A stretch of 64,000 nucleotides of DNA from Eledone cirrhosa (taxonomy: Eukaryota), in NCBI GenBank assembly GCA_964016885.1, contig OZ024740.1, positions 177,692,001 through 177,756,000 of the forward strand, read 5' to 3'. Below, in pieces: positions 13,377 through 29,754 of this stretch. Each line of letters opens with the position of its first letter. The stretch's first letter is position 1. Made by a program: the position numbers and the translations under genes. The notes under the pieces are model-generated. The model was not told the origin of the DNA and did not search any database. It saw only the letters and a program-made list of their open reading frames with translations.

Positions 13377-13958
13377 ATAGCTGCCCCCTCGTTATCGAGT
13401 ATGGCCATTGCATGATATAAGATTATTAATAATTATTAATTAATTCTATCGTGCAATGCCTGTGCGCGAAGATTTTTTTTAAAGTGAGGAAAGACTGTGC
13501 ACTGAGCCAATCCCACTCTCTGAGCGACAGTAGCTATAACCCGAAAAGAAGAAAAGATCAACATCATCGGTTACTACTGAGCTGCAGGTTTTATATCGGA
13601 GTTATCCCAGTTTCCTGAGTTGCCTTCTCCTAGAAGGATGCCCTGACAAAGGCTAGGGGTCCTTCACTCCCAGTGGTTTAACCGCGCGATCGGGTGTCCA
13701 GCCCGACTATTTCTATGTCCCCGCGCATATACATACATATGTACATGTGTATATACATATTTACACACTTTTGGATGGCCATTGACTCTTATGAGTTCTT
13801 CCGCCCTTTGTCAGGTTTTGTTTTTTGTCCTGCAGGGTGACCAAAATCACCCTCCTCACCAAGTAAACTTAGTGGGGTAGCCGGTTTAGTCGCCGACGAC
13901 CCGACCATGCGACAGGTTGTACTGGGTTACATGTTACCAGTAGCACTCAAGAGTGACC
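13377..13958 (-). mobile_element. Older diverged relatives of the ~600-bp non-autonomous element
   Basis: 13377-13725 resembles the gctgcc..tcg..tcgagta.ggcca end; 13771-13958 resembles the ttttggatggccattgactc...accagtagcac end. Confidence 0.7.
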
Positions 13959-14029
13959 TATACATACATACATACATACATACATACATACATACATACA
14001 TACATACATACATACATACATACATACAT

Positions 14030-14632
14030 GCTGGCTGCCAACTCGTTTTCGAGTACGGCCACTACTTTATATCCATGTAGGAGAACCACTACCGATGCGC
14101 TAAACGAGTGTGAATTTTTAGTCCAGCCAGCGACTTGAAAACTCTGGTACAAACACTACACTTGTGACAATTATTGACACAGTGCTGGGCCCATGGTACC
14201 ATGTGACGGCAAGTGCAGAGAGATCTCCAGATATAAAGCAATGCCTGTGCCGTGAAGCTTTAATAGTGAGCAAAGGCACTGCACAAAGCCAGTCCCACTC
14301 TCTTAACCAAGATGATATTTACCAAAAAGAACAAGTCAACATCATTGGATACCATCAGGGTTGCAGGTGTTATATCAGAGTTTTCCTTCTCCTAGAATTC
14401 TGCCTTGACAAAGGCTAAGGGGTCATCTCTCCCAGTGATTTTGGATGGCCATTGACTCTTAAGAGCTCCTTTGCCCTTTGACAGGTTTTGTTTTTAGTCC
14501 TGCAGGATGTCCAAAGTCACCCTCCTCACCAAGAAACCTTGGTGGGGTTGCTAGTTTAGTCGCCAACGACCCGACCATGAGACAGGTTGTACTGGGATAC
14601 ATGTTACCAGTAGCACCAACTGGTGACCTGAC
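14030..14632 (-). mobile_element. ~600-bp non-autonomous retroelement (RTE-derived-like), full copy 1
   Basis: Highly similar to copies at 16660, 26359, 47847, 52736; no coding capacity; (TACA)n on both flanks. Confidence 0.85.
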
Positions 14633-14669
14633 ATACATACATACATACATACATACATACATACATACA

Positions 14670-14701
<32 letters not shown>

Positions 14702-15474
14702 CAAACATGATCATGTCTGCAACTCGATTTCGAATAATGCTTGATACTTAAGCATGATTATCACGGACGTAGCTTTTTAGTCCTGCTAGGGACTTGTCTA
14801 TGTCCAGCAATAACTTACAACGCAAAAATGAAACATCACATATCAAGCGATGCCTGTGCTTGAAGTTTTTTTAAGTGAGGAAAGGTTTTGCACGGGGCAA
14901 ATCCCACTCTCTGAACATCGAATGCATTTGCCCAAAAAGAAGAACTGGTTTACATAATTGGATGTAAACCAAGTCGCAGGTTTTATATCAGAATGACCTT
15001 CTGAGAGAGATGTCTTAATGAAGATTAGGAATCTCTCACTCTATAAAAAAAAAAAAAAAAAAAACATATATGCATACATACAAACATACCCACATACATA
15101 CATACAAACACGCGGATACACACATCATTACACACACACACATACACACACACACACACACATGCGATGAAGTACAAATGATGGTTGGCAAATCACTGAT
15201 GAGGGACTCATTTTATAATATGTAATCCATGTGCAACCATGCAGTATTCTTCTCCCCTTGTTTTTCATATATATATATATATATATATATAAATAAGCAA
15301 ATTATAAACGTAAACATCTAAGTATGTTTTTGAAACGGTGCGCGAGTTTGAAATTAGAAATTAGAAATTATAAGCTTTCCCCGTATTTAGACTAAAGAAA
15401 TTTCTAGTCTGATAGTGGGGTTTATAACCCTCGGAGAAATGGAAAAAGATGTGTGTTGCCGTACATGGGATATA

Positions 15475-15537
<63 letters not shown>

Positions 15538-15999
15538 TTATATTTTTATTACTTAAAATGCATGTTAACAAAGCATATGTTTTTGTAGTTACTCACAATT
15601 TCCGATTAATCTTAGCAGATTAATTTCGCGTGCACTATCACTCTTCAGCTTTTATGGAAATATATCTGTTTATAGGATCTTGTTTACTTTCAGTGCTGAA
15701 TAAATTTGAAAAATAAAAAAAATATGTCCTCTTTTTTTTCTGAACTAGGGGAGGTGAGCCGTGGTGAAATATATTTTTCCATCAAATCCATTTTACTTTT
15801 TATCTGATATAGCAAAATTTGTGTGTAAAGGGGAAATTTTACCTCTATATCCAGTGGTTTTTCCTGGATGCCTCGTGGTCGTCAGTGTTGTAAAAGATAT
15901 GCACTGGACCCGGTTTTAATTACTGCAACATCACTTTCATACGCTCTGGGTATTAAATTCCTTATATACATTAAATACTTTTCCCATTTCTTCTATAAA

Positions 16000-16187
16000 A
16001 TAATTGTTTCTATTTTTGGCACAAGGCCAGCAATTACCCCAATGAATTACTGCTGCTTTATTTTATCGACCCCGTAAGGATGAAAGGCAAAGTTAACCTC
16101 GGTGGGATTTGAACTCAGACCGTAAACGGTCGTCATTCTATCATGCAAAGCATGACGTACGACCCTCTACTGATACTGCCAATCCTC
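16000..16187 (-). mobile_element. SINE family A
   Basis: Reverse complement of the 2951-3139 consensus. Confidence 0.85.
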
Positions 16188-16439
16188 CTAAAATAATAAC
16201 CAAATATCTGTTGCTATTAAATTTCATTACATTGATTAAGTAGGTGATTGATCTAAAAGTAGGTTACCACAGGATATTTCTGTCGTAGACAGGAAGCAAT
16301 GAAGTTTGTTATCAAAAGTACTAAGGGTGTAGGTTTGCCTGGAGAGATAAGAAGCTGAATAAATTAATAAAATGCGACTCAAATAGCGAAATTGACATAT
16401 CAATATTTTGACATATATTGTACTGTACTAACCCACACA

Positions 16440-16528
<89 letters not shown>

Positions 16529-16541
16529 ACTAACCCACACA

Positions 16542-16590
<49 letters not shown>

Positions 16591-16659
16591 ACTAACCCAC
16601 ACACCTATATATATATGTGTACTAACCCACACACATATATATATATATATATATATTAG

Positions 16660-17388
<729 letters not shown>

Positions 17389-17427
17389 TGTGTGGGTTAG
17401 TACAGTACAATATATGTCAAAATATTG

Positions 17428-20194
<2,767 letters not shown>

Positions 20195-20305
20195 CTATTT
20201 TTCTCTGGATTACTTTTGGAACTACAACTGGAACCGTCAAGCAAACTCTACGTGAGCTGATAATCTACTGTGTGTAATATTTATATTACAACACAACGGA
20301 AAATA

Positions 20306-20736
<431 letters not shown>

Positions 20737-20744
20737 TGAATGTC

Positions 20745-20945
20745 AGGTCGATCTTGAGCGCTACTGCAACAAGTAACCCAGTACACCCTGTAAAACCAGT
20801 ACAACTTGTTGCAAAGTCGGGTTATTGGCGACTAAACTGGCAAGCCCATCAAGCTAGCTTGGTGATAAGCTGGACATCCTGCGGGAGGAATAACAAAACC
20901 CGTCAAAGGGCAGCGGAACTCATGAGAGTCAACAGATATCCAAAC
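20745..20945 (+). mobile_element. Diverged 5' fragment related to the ~600-bp element
   Basis: gtcgggttattggcgactaaactggcaa...ggacatcctgc...gtcaaagggc matches 16700-16840. Confidence 0.6.
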
Positions 20946-21171
20946 GTTTACTAGGATAGGAAACTCTGGCAGAAAATCTGAAGATGAATCAGATACTGGT
21001 CGTCCCAACCTATATTGGGCCATTGGTTTTTCCTGTTGATTTTGTCTGAAACTCGGGTGTTTTTCTGTCCAAGCCACGTTCACTAGGATCAAATTCACGA
21101 ACTATGTTGTACTATGTTTGTGTGTATGTGTGTGTGTATATACATATATGCATGCACACACACGCACACAG

Positions 21172-21275
<104 letters not shown>

Positions 21276-21351
21276 CAAAGAAAGTGTGGTAAGAAACCAG
21301 GTGGACCATAACGCACCAGAGTACTCGATACGTAGGGTAGTGGAGTGGGCA

Positions 21352-21484
21352 ATAGGAAAATAGTCAGGACCCCGACGGCTGAGCTCCGGCCGTTTCGACA
21401 TCTAGATCCGAACTAAGTTCGGATATAGCTGTCGAAACGGCCGGAGCTCAGCCGGTCGTGTCGGGCTCCTGACTCTTTTACTAT
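21352..21484. repeat. GC-rich palindromic hairpin (~130 bp)
   Basis: cggctgagctccggccgtttcgaca...tgtcgaaacggccggagctcagccg centred on gaactaagttc. Confidence 0.9.
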
Positions 21485-21814
21485 ATATATATATATATTG
21501 AGTTTATGTTGGTTGTATACCAACACCTGAGTATGCAGATTGGAGCACTCGACGAAGTGCGCAGGTTGATTTGGTTATTCCGGAGTAATGTAAAATAAAC
21601 TAAAATAAATAAGTCAAATATTTAAAATTTGGCTTCGTTTATTACTGCTATATATATTTCGGTGACAGCCATCTTTGGCTGTGACCTCTCCAGGCAGTCC
21701 GAATTAGTGTGGTAGAGACGAGTACACATGTTGTTGAGGTGTTTAACTTTGTCAATACTCTGATATGCCCAGTTCCTGGTTGGGTTGTTATTTCACTGAG
21801 GAACTGAAAAACTT

Positions 21815-22061
21815 GTACCGTTAAGGTATTTTTTCTTGGTTATGTCAATATTTATAAAATAAACTTTGTATTTTATCTGATGAAAGCGTACCAAAGTTTT
21901 GGTACCCTTGAAATATATATAATAGAATAAATATGGTTTTATAAATACAGTTTCCATTTATTTAATATCATTGAATATTAAACTCCAGAAAACTTGTCGA
22001 GTGCTCTGAATCAGTTATAGACATTTATATTTGTTGAATTACTAACAAATTGAATATCCCT

Positions 22062-22068
<7 letters not shown>
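21815..22068 (+). mobile_element. Solo Penelope pLTR with hammerhead (21869-21929)
   Basis: tattttat-CTGATGA-aagcgtacc-aaagtttt-ggtaccctt-GAAA-tatata-TA-atagaata; ends tgca(ta)n like the 6413 and 28312 ends. Confidence 0.8.
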
Positions 22069-22099
<31 letters not shown>

Positions 22100-22103
<4 letters not shown>

Positions 22104-22205
22104 ACTGTTTCTACTTTTGGCACAAGGCCAGCAATTATCCCAGTGTATTACTGGTACTTTATTTTATCGACTCCTTAAGGATGAAAGGCAAAGTTAACCT
22201 CGGCG
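22100..22205 (-). mobile_element. SINE family A 3' half
   Basis: Reverse complement of the family core and tail. Confidence 0.8.
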
Positions 22206-22358
22206 GGCAGAGATTGGTTCAAACCAACAATCATTGCTTAATAAGGCAATTTTCCCAGGACCAAGTCATCCAACGTGCCCTTTTCTGAAATACAGGGATG
22301 TGATTTGAGATGTGGGAGAATTTAGCTACTCTTTCTAGCAGGTCGAATAACGAAACTT

Positions 22359-22416
<58 letters not shown>

Positions 22417-22460
22417 CAGCAACAGCAGTAGCAGCAGTAGTGGTAGTAGCAGTAGTAGTA
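22359..22460. repeat. (TAG)n/(CAG)n trinucleotide microsatellite
   Basis: Directly visible. Confidence 0.95.
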
Positions 22461-24487
22461 AAATTAGCATATAAACGTTATTTGCACGCATGTATCTGCG
22501 TGTCTGCATAATCAGTGCTAGAAAATATACAACGAAATCAAATCATGTCGCTTTCCTTGTTTTGTTTTATGCTTTAGTTTTCTCTTTGTTTTGTTTCTTA
22601 TTTATTTTATTTCTACCTGAACGTCGGTCCATCACTTCCCAGGTACAATTTCCCTTTGAAGAATCGCTAATCTAGTGGTGTGCTTTGATTCCGATCAATT
22701 ACACATCTGCGTAGTTGTTTATCTTGAAGTCTAATTGGTTATGCTGTCTGTTGTTTGTTTATTTGTTTTGTTTTTGCATGTATTTTTTTTATCTTTGCTC
22801 GCTTTGTGTTTTGTCTGTTTCATCTTTTTTTTTTGTCTGACTGAGTAGAATTTCAGTCACACTTGAGAAAATTCAGTGAACTGTACAGGGAGAGAGAAAG
22901 ATCTTAGGTCTATCATGGCAGGCTGGCTGGATGGCTGGCATAAGATTTAGATTTAGATAGGTAACAAACTCAAAAGTAAAGAATGTTCGTGCCCCAACTA
23001 ATCTATGCCGTCAACCTATTCTTTTAGTTTTCTTTCATTCTTTCAATCAGCCATTCATTCTTTCTTCTGTAGTAAGTTAAATACAGAGATGGGGTGACAT
23101 AGAAGGTGAATCACCACCACCACCATCACCACAACCACGACGCAATATGGCGCTGAACAAATATAACGTTAACCTGAGAGTGGCATATTGTATTAACGCA
23201 TCGAACCCCTCCAGAATTCCACAGCCATTACAAATCCTACTCAAACACCCCAAACACAGGGAAAACACTCCAGAATAGTGCTCAAAGATCAGGCTAAGAG
23301 CACTTTGGCTCTCCTTCAATGAGGCAAGAATAGAACACAAGCACATAAATATATCAACAGAAATAACTTAATTATTCTCCCACACTCATTTGTGCGGAGC
23401 ACACTATACAATAAATTAGTAGAGACGAATAGCAATTGTTACACACCATCCATGTCATCTTGCTCTATACTTCAACGCGGTTTCTATCAAATGCTACGTG
23501 ACAGCTAAACAAGTGCAACAGATTACTATACAGCAGCTCATAGGACAAACAACTACACTGTAGGAGTATATGTATAGAGTGGTTCTACATTAGATGTAAG
23601 CACGTTGTATCGTTGTTGTTGTCGTGGTAATTGTAGAGGTGGTGTATTTGTTGTTGTTTGCCTGCCTCCTCTGAGTTTGTATCTCATGAGAGGTTTCTTG
23701 AGTGTTTCATGACAAGTGCCCAGATCATATCATATCACTATTTTCCGGTAACAGTATACGAAATTTAGATTCAAAATGAAAAAAAAACAGAACAGATATC
23801 ACAAGTGTTCTAATAATTCCACACGTATCACCGCCCTAAACTGGTACTTTATTTATAGGCCACAATGAAGATCAGAGTTGATCGTGGTGGGGTTTCAACT
23901 CAAGCGCAGAAAGCATAATAAATATATAAATAAATAAACAAATAAATAAATAAAATACCGCAAGAAATTTAATCCGGTGATCTAACGACTCTACGAATTT
24001 AGTTAGTTAAGACGAAGGCTCATCAGGTCGGTGATTATCTTTTATTTTCTTGTCGTTAAGCTACTGAGAGTACACGACTCTCGCTGGATATGACGCTGGT
24101 CTATCGCAAGATTAACTCCCCAGCTACTGCTGGTAGTCACTCTCAGAGTGTATGGGATCAGGATAAAATAAAGTGTTTTGTTCAAGGACACAAATCTGTA
24201 GCCCGTCCAGAAATGGAACCGACGTCATCACGATCGTACGCCAATTCGCCGTCTTTTAAACCTGGTACCAATGAATCTGTAGAACAAATCTAAATATTTG
24301 ACAAGCAACTTACATATTAGGGGTATGTTTTATCACGGCTCTTCTGCGGTTATAAATGAACAATAATAGCTACGACTATGAATCGAGAATAATCAAGTGC
24401 TAAGGAAACCTCAATACTTCTAAGAAATCATTCGTAATTTTCCGACAGTGATAAGACCTTTATAATCTCTCTCTCTCTATCTATCTA

Positions 24488-24556
<69 letters not shown>

Positions 24557-24579
24557 ATATATATATATATATATAAATA

Positions 24580-24839
24580 TATATTTGAAAAAAAGGAAAA
24601 GAATGACTTCACTTGTGTTAACAAATTTTATGATTTAATGTTTTAAGATAATATTATATTTCTACCAACTCATAATAATATTATAATATTATCTTATAAC
24701 ATTAAATCATAAAGATGTTTAACACTACAAGTGAAGTCATTCTTTTCCTTTTTTTCAAATATACCTAACTGTACCAAGGATCCCACACATTTTCCAATAT
24801 ATATATATATATTTATATATATATTGTAAAATGTGTGGG

Positions 24840-24843
<4 letters not shown>
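24580..24843. repeat. Two adjacent inverted repeats (24580-24657/24682-24762; 24778-24799/24822-24843)
   Basis: gaaaaaaaggaaaagaatgacttcacttg versus caagtgaagtcattcttttccttttttc; ggatcccacacatttt versus aaaatgtgtgggatcc across (TA)n. Confidence 0.85.
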
Positions 24844-24875
<32 letters not shown>

Positions 24876-25581
24876 AAAGAACACAAGAGCGTCTACAACA
24901 TCAACAGATTTTTATTGGCTTACAATGTTTCTTCCTTACGTAACCGTAGGATTTGTCAGAGCTATAAAAGGGGTTTGATTGGTGTTATGGACACTACCAA
25001 CTAAACATTCAAGAACAAAGAGTAAAGAGAGTAAAGAGCAAAAGTAGGGGACGATAAGTCTAATTTTGGTGCGGGAGGGTGGGGTGTGGGTCCTTGTTTA
25101 CTAGCTGCGGTCATATTCATTCCCGGGGGTCGAGTGGTTAGCTGAACCATAGATGGGGTGGCGTCGGTAGTAGGGTGCAGAGGGTGTGCAGAGGCTACAC
25201 ACACACAAGGGCATACAATATATATATCACGGAGGAGAAAGTACATGAGGTAATTAGAAATGGAAAAAGAGTAATAATAATAATCTATAATTAATAATGT
25301 ATAATAAGGCATGGGGAAGATTACACTATAATAAGGTATAAAAGTAAGAATAAGGTAAAATATAAAGGAGGATAAAAGTGAAAATAAGAATAAAGATAAA
25401 AAATATATATTAAAAAAATATATAGAGAATATATAAAGAAATATAAGCAAGTATTTGAAGGGGAAAACACAATGTAAAAAAAAAACGATTTTTTTCAAAT
25501 AAAAATATTATAATTATGGGGGGAGAAAACGAGGTAGAGAAATATGATCAAATGTGATTAGTTGAGAGAATATATATATAT

Positions 25582-25790
25582 AAGGTTGGTTATCACTGGT
25601 TTAAACAATGCTTATTTCTTACTTCAATTCTTACTTAAAATGTTGATTTTGACAAGCGTTTAGTACAAAGGCGGTCTTTGTATGCTTTACCTAAAAAATT
25701 GTTTATAATATTACAAGTTTTCAGATAGTGGAATATGTCTTATGTCGCTAGGAAAAAGCCTAACATTCCGGACGCCTGTCATTTAAAAAG

Positions 25791-25830
<40 letters not shown>

Positions 25831-25849
25831 CTTCAAGATATATATAAAG

Positions 25850-25917
<68 letters not shown>

Positions 25918-26126
25918 CTTTTTAAATGACAGGCGTCCGGAATGTTAGGCTTTTTCCTAGCGACATAAGACATATTCCACTATCTGAAAACTTGTAATAT
26001 TATAAACAATTTTTTAGGTAAAGCATACAAAGACCGCCTTTGTACTAAACGCTTGTCAAAATCAACATTTTAAGTAAGAATTGAAGTAAGAAATAAGCAT
26101 TGTTTAAACCAGTGATAACCAACCTT
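25582..26126. repeat. ~212-bp apparently perfect inverted duplication centred on (TA)n
   Basis: 25582-25793 is the reverse complement of 25915-26126. Confidence 0.92.
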
Positions 26127-26358
26127 TTTCAGAAGGTCGCCCACAAAATTCATGAAAAAGATGTATGTACCATTAAATATGAATTTACATATAATTGCAT
26201 TATGCAGTATAGTAAGACATGGAACTCACTATAGGTCATCATTCCACTACAGCAATGAAGAGGCGGATCTTCATATATATATATATATACACACATACAT
26301 ACATATATATAAATACATACACATATATACACACATATATATACATACACATATATAT

Positions 26359-26954
26359 GGTGGCTGCCAACTCGTTTTCGAGTACGGCCACTACTTTATA
26401 TCCATGTAGGAGAACCCCTACCGATGCGCTGAACGAGTGCGAATTTTTAGTCCAGCCAGCGACTTGAAAACTCTGGTAGAAACACTACACCTGTGACAAT
26501 TATTGACACAGTGCTGGGCCCATAGTACCATGTGACGGCAAGTGCAGAGACATCTCCAGATATAAAGCAATGCCTGTGCCGTGAAGCTTTTATAGTGAGC
26601 AAAGGCACTGCACAAAGCCAGTCCCACTCTCTTAATCAAGATGATATTTACCAAAAAGAAGAACAAGTCAACATCATTGGATACCATCAGAGTTGCAGGT
26701 GTTATATCAGAGTTTTCTTTCTCCTAGAATTCTGCCTTGACAAAGGCTAAGGGGTCATCTCTCCCGGTGATTTTGGATGGTCATTGACTCTTAAGAGGTC
26801 CTTTGTCCTTTGACAAGTTTTGTTTTTAGTCCTGCAGGATGTCCAAAGTCACCCATCTCACCAAGAAACCTTGGTGGGGTTGCCAGTTTAGTCGCCAACG
26901 ACCCGACCATGAGACAGGTTGTACTGGGATACATGTTACCAGTAGCACCAACTG
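26359..26954 (-). mobile_element. ~600-bp non-autonomous retroelement, copy 3
   Basis: Same sequence family as 14030-14632. Confidence 0.85.
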
Positions 26955-28176
26955 ACACATATATATACACACATATATATACACACAGTGAGTAACCTGA
27001 ACTAAGCTCTGCATCACAGGTATGGAACATATTCATATTATACCAATTGTTTTCTACATAAGCACAAACAGACGCACACAAATAATATAAATTGCTAGGT
27101 GACCAGAAAAATAAATATTAAGAGGGCGATCATTTTAACACAAAAGACCTGTAGCAAATTTGAATGTTGCAGCTGTATAAGGACAAGGGTTTTGTGTTGC
27201 AAGAGTTTAGTTAGCCAATCCTCTCTAAGAAACACCTGCATAGATACGGTTAAAAGGTTATGAGGTTCGCCTCACAATCATTAGGTTTAGTGGTCAATGT
27301 CGTTACATGGTATCTTGTGTGTCTTTCCCATAGTTTCATATTAACAGAGGCCTTGTGAATAAAATAGGACAATCAGAAATTGAGGAAACCCGTAGGATGG
27401 ATCATACCTTTTATTATATTGTATCACGCTGATTTGGCTTGTGAATTACATTAAGTGTACACGTGTCTGTGGAATACTCAGCCATTTATAGATTTTTTAA
27501 TAAGTCGGACATTCAGTTGATGAAACAACTGAAGGTTCAGCAAGGAAACCGAATTAGGATACATTAACCCAACGGCAGACTTTAAAAGTATTACTCAACA
27601 CATTATGCAGTAAAACCAAAAACATATCACTCGTCAGTTATATAAACTTCTAACCATTTCCTGTGATTATTTGTTACCGGTTGATGATATCTATTTACAT
27701 CCTAGGTTGACTTGTACACTTGAGAATTGCGTGTCTTCACCACGAGTAAGCAAGCAGTGTACAAACTCGGCACACTTCTATCAGCTGTGCGCCACACCTA
27801 TCTATTTCGCTCGTTAAAACTCCATATATCTATCTATCTATGTCTCTACCTCCCATTCTCTCAATCTTTCTCACTATCTTCCTAACTCATCTGTAGTATA
27901 GTAATGCATCGGCTTCTTTTGTTAAAGCAGTATCTATTTCGAAATCGCCCCAAAAAGTAAGCAATACCAATTGGTTGCTAATAGGTCAGCAAGTCCAAAG
28001 AAGAGAAAATGATGGGGAAAAAAGAAAGGATGTAAATATATAATAAAAGAACGAGTACAGAAAAAACGAAAAGGAAATCACCGGACTAAAGTGAATTAAT
28101 TCAAACAAAAAATACATAAAATATAATTAGATCAAATAGAATAATAGATAAAATGAACAAATGTACACACACACAC

Positions 28177-28243
<67 letters not shown>

Positions 28244-28277
28244 CACATATATATGATATATGTATATATACATTTGC

Positions 28278-28309
<32 letters not shown>

Positions 28310-28436
28310 ATATGCAGAGGTTATATTTAATTTGTTGGGATACAACAAGCTTAAAAATATGTTTATAACTGATATAAAGCACTCAACAGTTATTGGAGTA
28401 ATTAACAAATGGAACCTATATTTATAAAACCATATT

Positions 28437-28502
28437 TATTTTATTATACATATTTCAAGGGCCACCAAGGCAAATTATGGTGCGCTTTCATCAGATAAAA
28501 TA
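28437..28502 (-). ncRNA. Type I hammerhead ribozyme
   Basis: Reverse strand tattttat-CTGATGA-aagcgcacc...ggtggccctt-GAAA-tatgta-TA-ataaaata. Confidence 0.8.
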
Positions 28503-28549
28503 CAATACAGATTAGTTTTATAAATAAATATTGACATACCCTGAAAATA

Positions 28550-29754
28550 ATACTCTACATAGAAAAATACCGGAGATGACCGGTGGTTTATATCGCGACG
28601 ATATACTATTACGTATAGAAAATAATAATAACTGTGAAATAAATAGGAAAAGAAAAGAAATTATACAATATTTTAATTGCCTTAATCTTAAAGTAGAAGT
28701 AGAGAATAATTATAAAATAGTTAACTTTCTAGATGTAACTTTAAACCTTAACACAGGTCTTTATTATCCATTTCATAAAATAAATGAGAACCTAAACTAT
28801 GTTAACTTCACCTAGATCCGTTAAAAAAACACTATAGTAAATTCTGTGCAGCAACGTATTTCTAAAATTTCAGCTAATAAGAATATTTTTGAAGATAAAG
28901 CACAATATTATAACGAAGCGTTAGGTAGAGCAGGATATAGTAATAAAATTAAATACATTGATAATAACGATGTGCCAATTAACCATAACTATAAAAACTA
29001 TAATAGAAAACCTTACAATAACTCGAAAACCCAAAGACGAAATAGAACTAGTAATATATTATGGTTCGCTCCCCTTTTCTCATTAAGTATTAAAACTCCT
29101 ATTGCTAAATTATTCTTTAAATCTCTAGATAAATGCATTCCTAGAATACATAGATATTACTCAATATTTAATAGACATACTATCAAATTATCATATTCCA
29201 CCACTGAATTTAGCACACAATATTAATAGAATTAATAATAGAAACTTAAAACCTAACCAGAATACCATTAATACCCCTAGCAATATCCAATATAATAGTA
29301 CGGCTCCTAGTAACTTAAATTTAGATAAATGTTACTGTAGAAATAAATCTAACTGTCCTCTAAATAATAACTGTTTAGTTAAAAACATAGTATACAATTG
29401 TAATGTAAAAACTAATGTAAACTCTTTTAATTATGTAGGCTCTACCTCCACAGATTTTAAGTCCCGTTTTAATAACCATAAATGCTCTTTTACGAATATT
29501 AGTAAAAAATATCTTCAACTTCTCTATCTAATTTACTATGGGACCTAAAATCAAAGAACATTAACTATTCTTTACTTTGGAATATTATTTCCAAAGCTCC
29601 TTCATACAATACTTTATCCGAAAATTGCGCTCTTTGTATAGAAGAAATATTCTTTATATTAAAAAGTAAGAACTCTGTTAATTTAAGGAATAATTTATTC
29701 AGTTCTTGCAAACATCGGTTAAATTCAACTTTTAAATATATATATAAAATGTAA
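28550..29754 (+). pseudogene. Penelope RT (C-terminal) + GIY-YIG endonuclease, frameshifted
   Basis: GLYRDD, VNFLDVTLNL, LWFAPLFS, IKLSYS, CYCRNKSNCPLNNNC..IVYNC..YVGST..FKSRFNNH, CKHR motifs across frames. Confidence 0.9.

Noticed and set aside
14164-14418. Recurrent ~80-aa ORF (MLGPWYHV...EFCLDKG) in several copies of the ~600-bp element
   Set aside because: Recurrence reflects recent copying; start codons vary, no recognisable domain, and it is antisense to the inferred element orientation
15610-15655. Minus-strand CTGAAGA-gtg..cac-gc-GAAA-ttaa-TC motif
   Set aside because: Stem I pairing is poor; possibly a decayed hammerhead but not supportable
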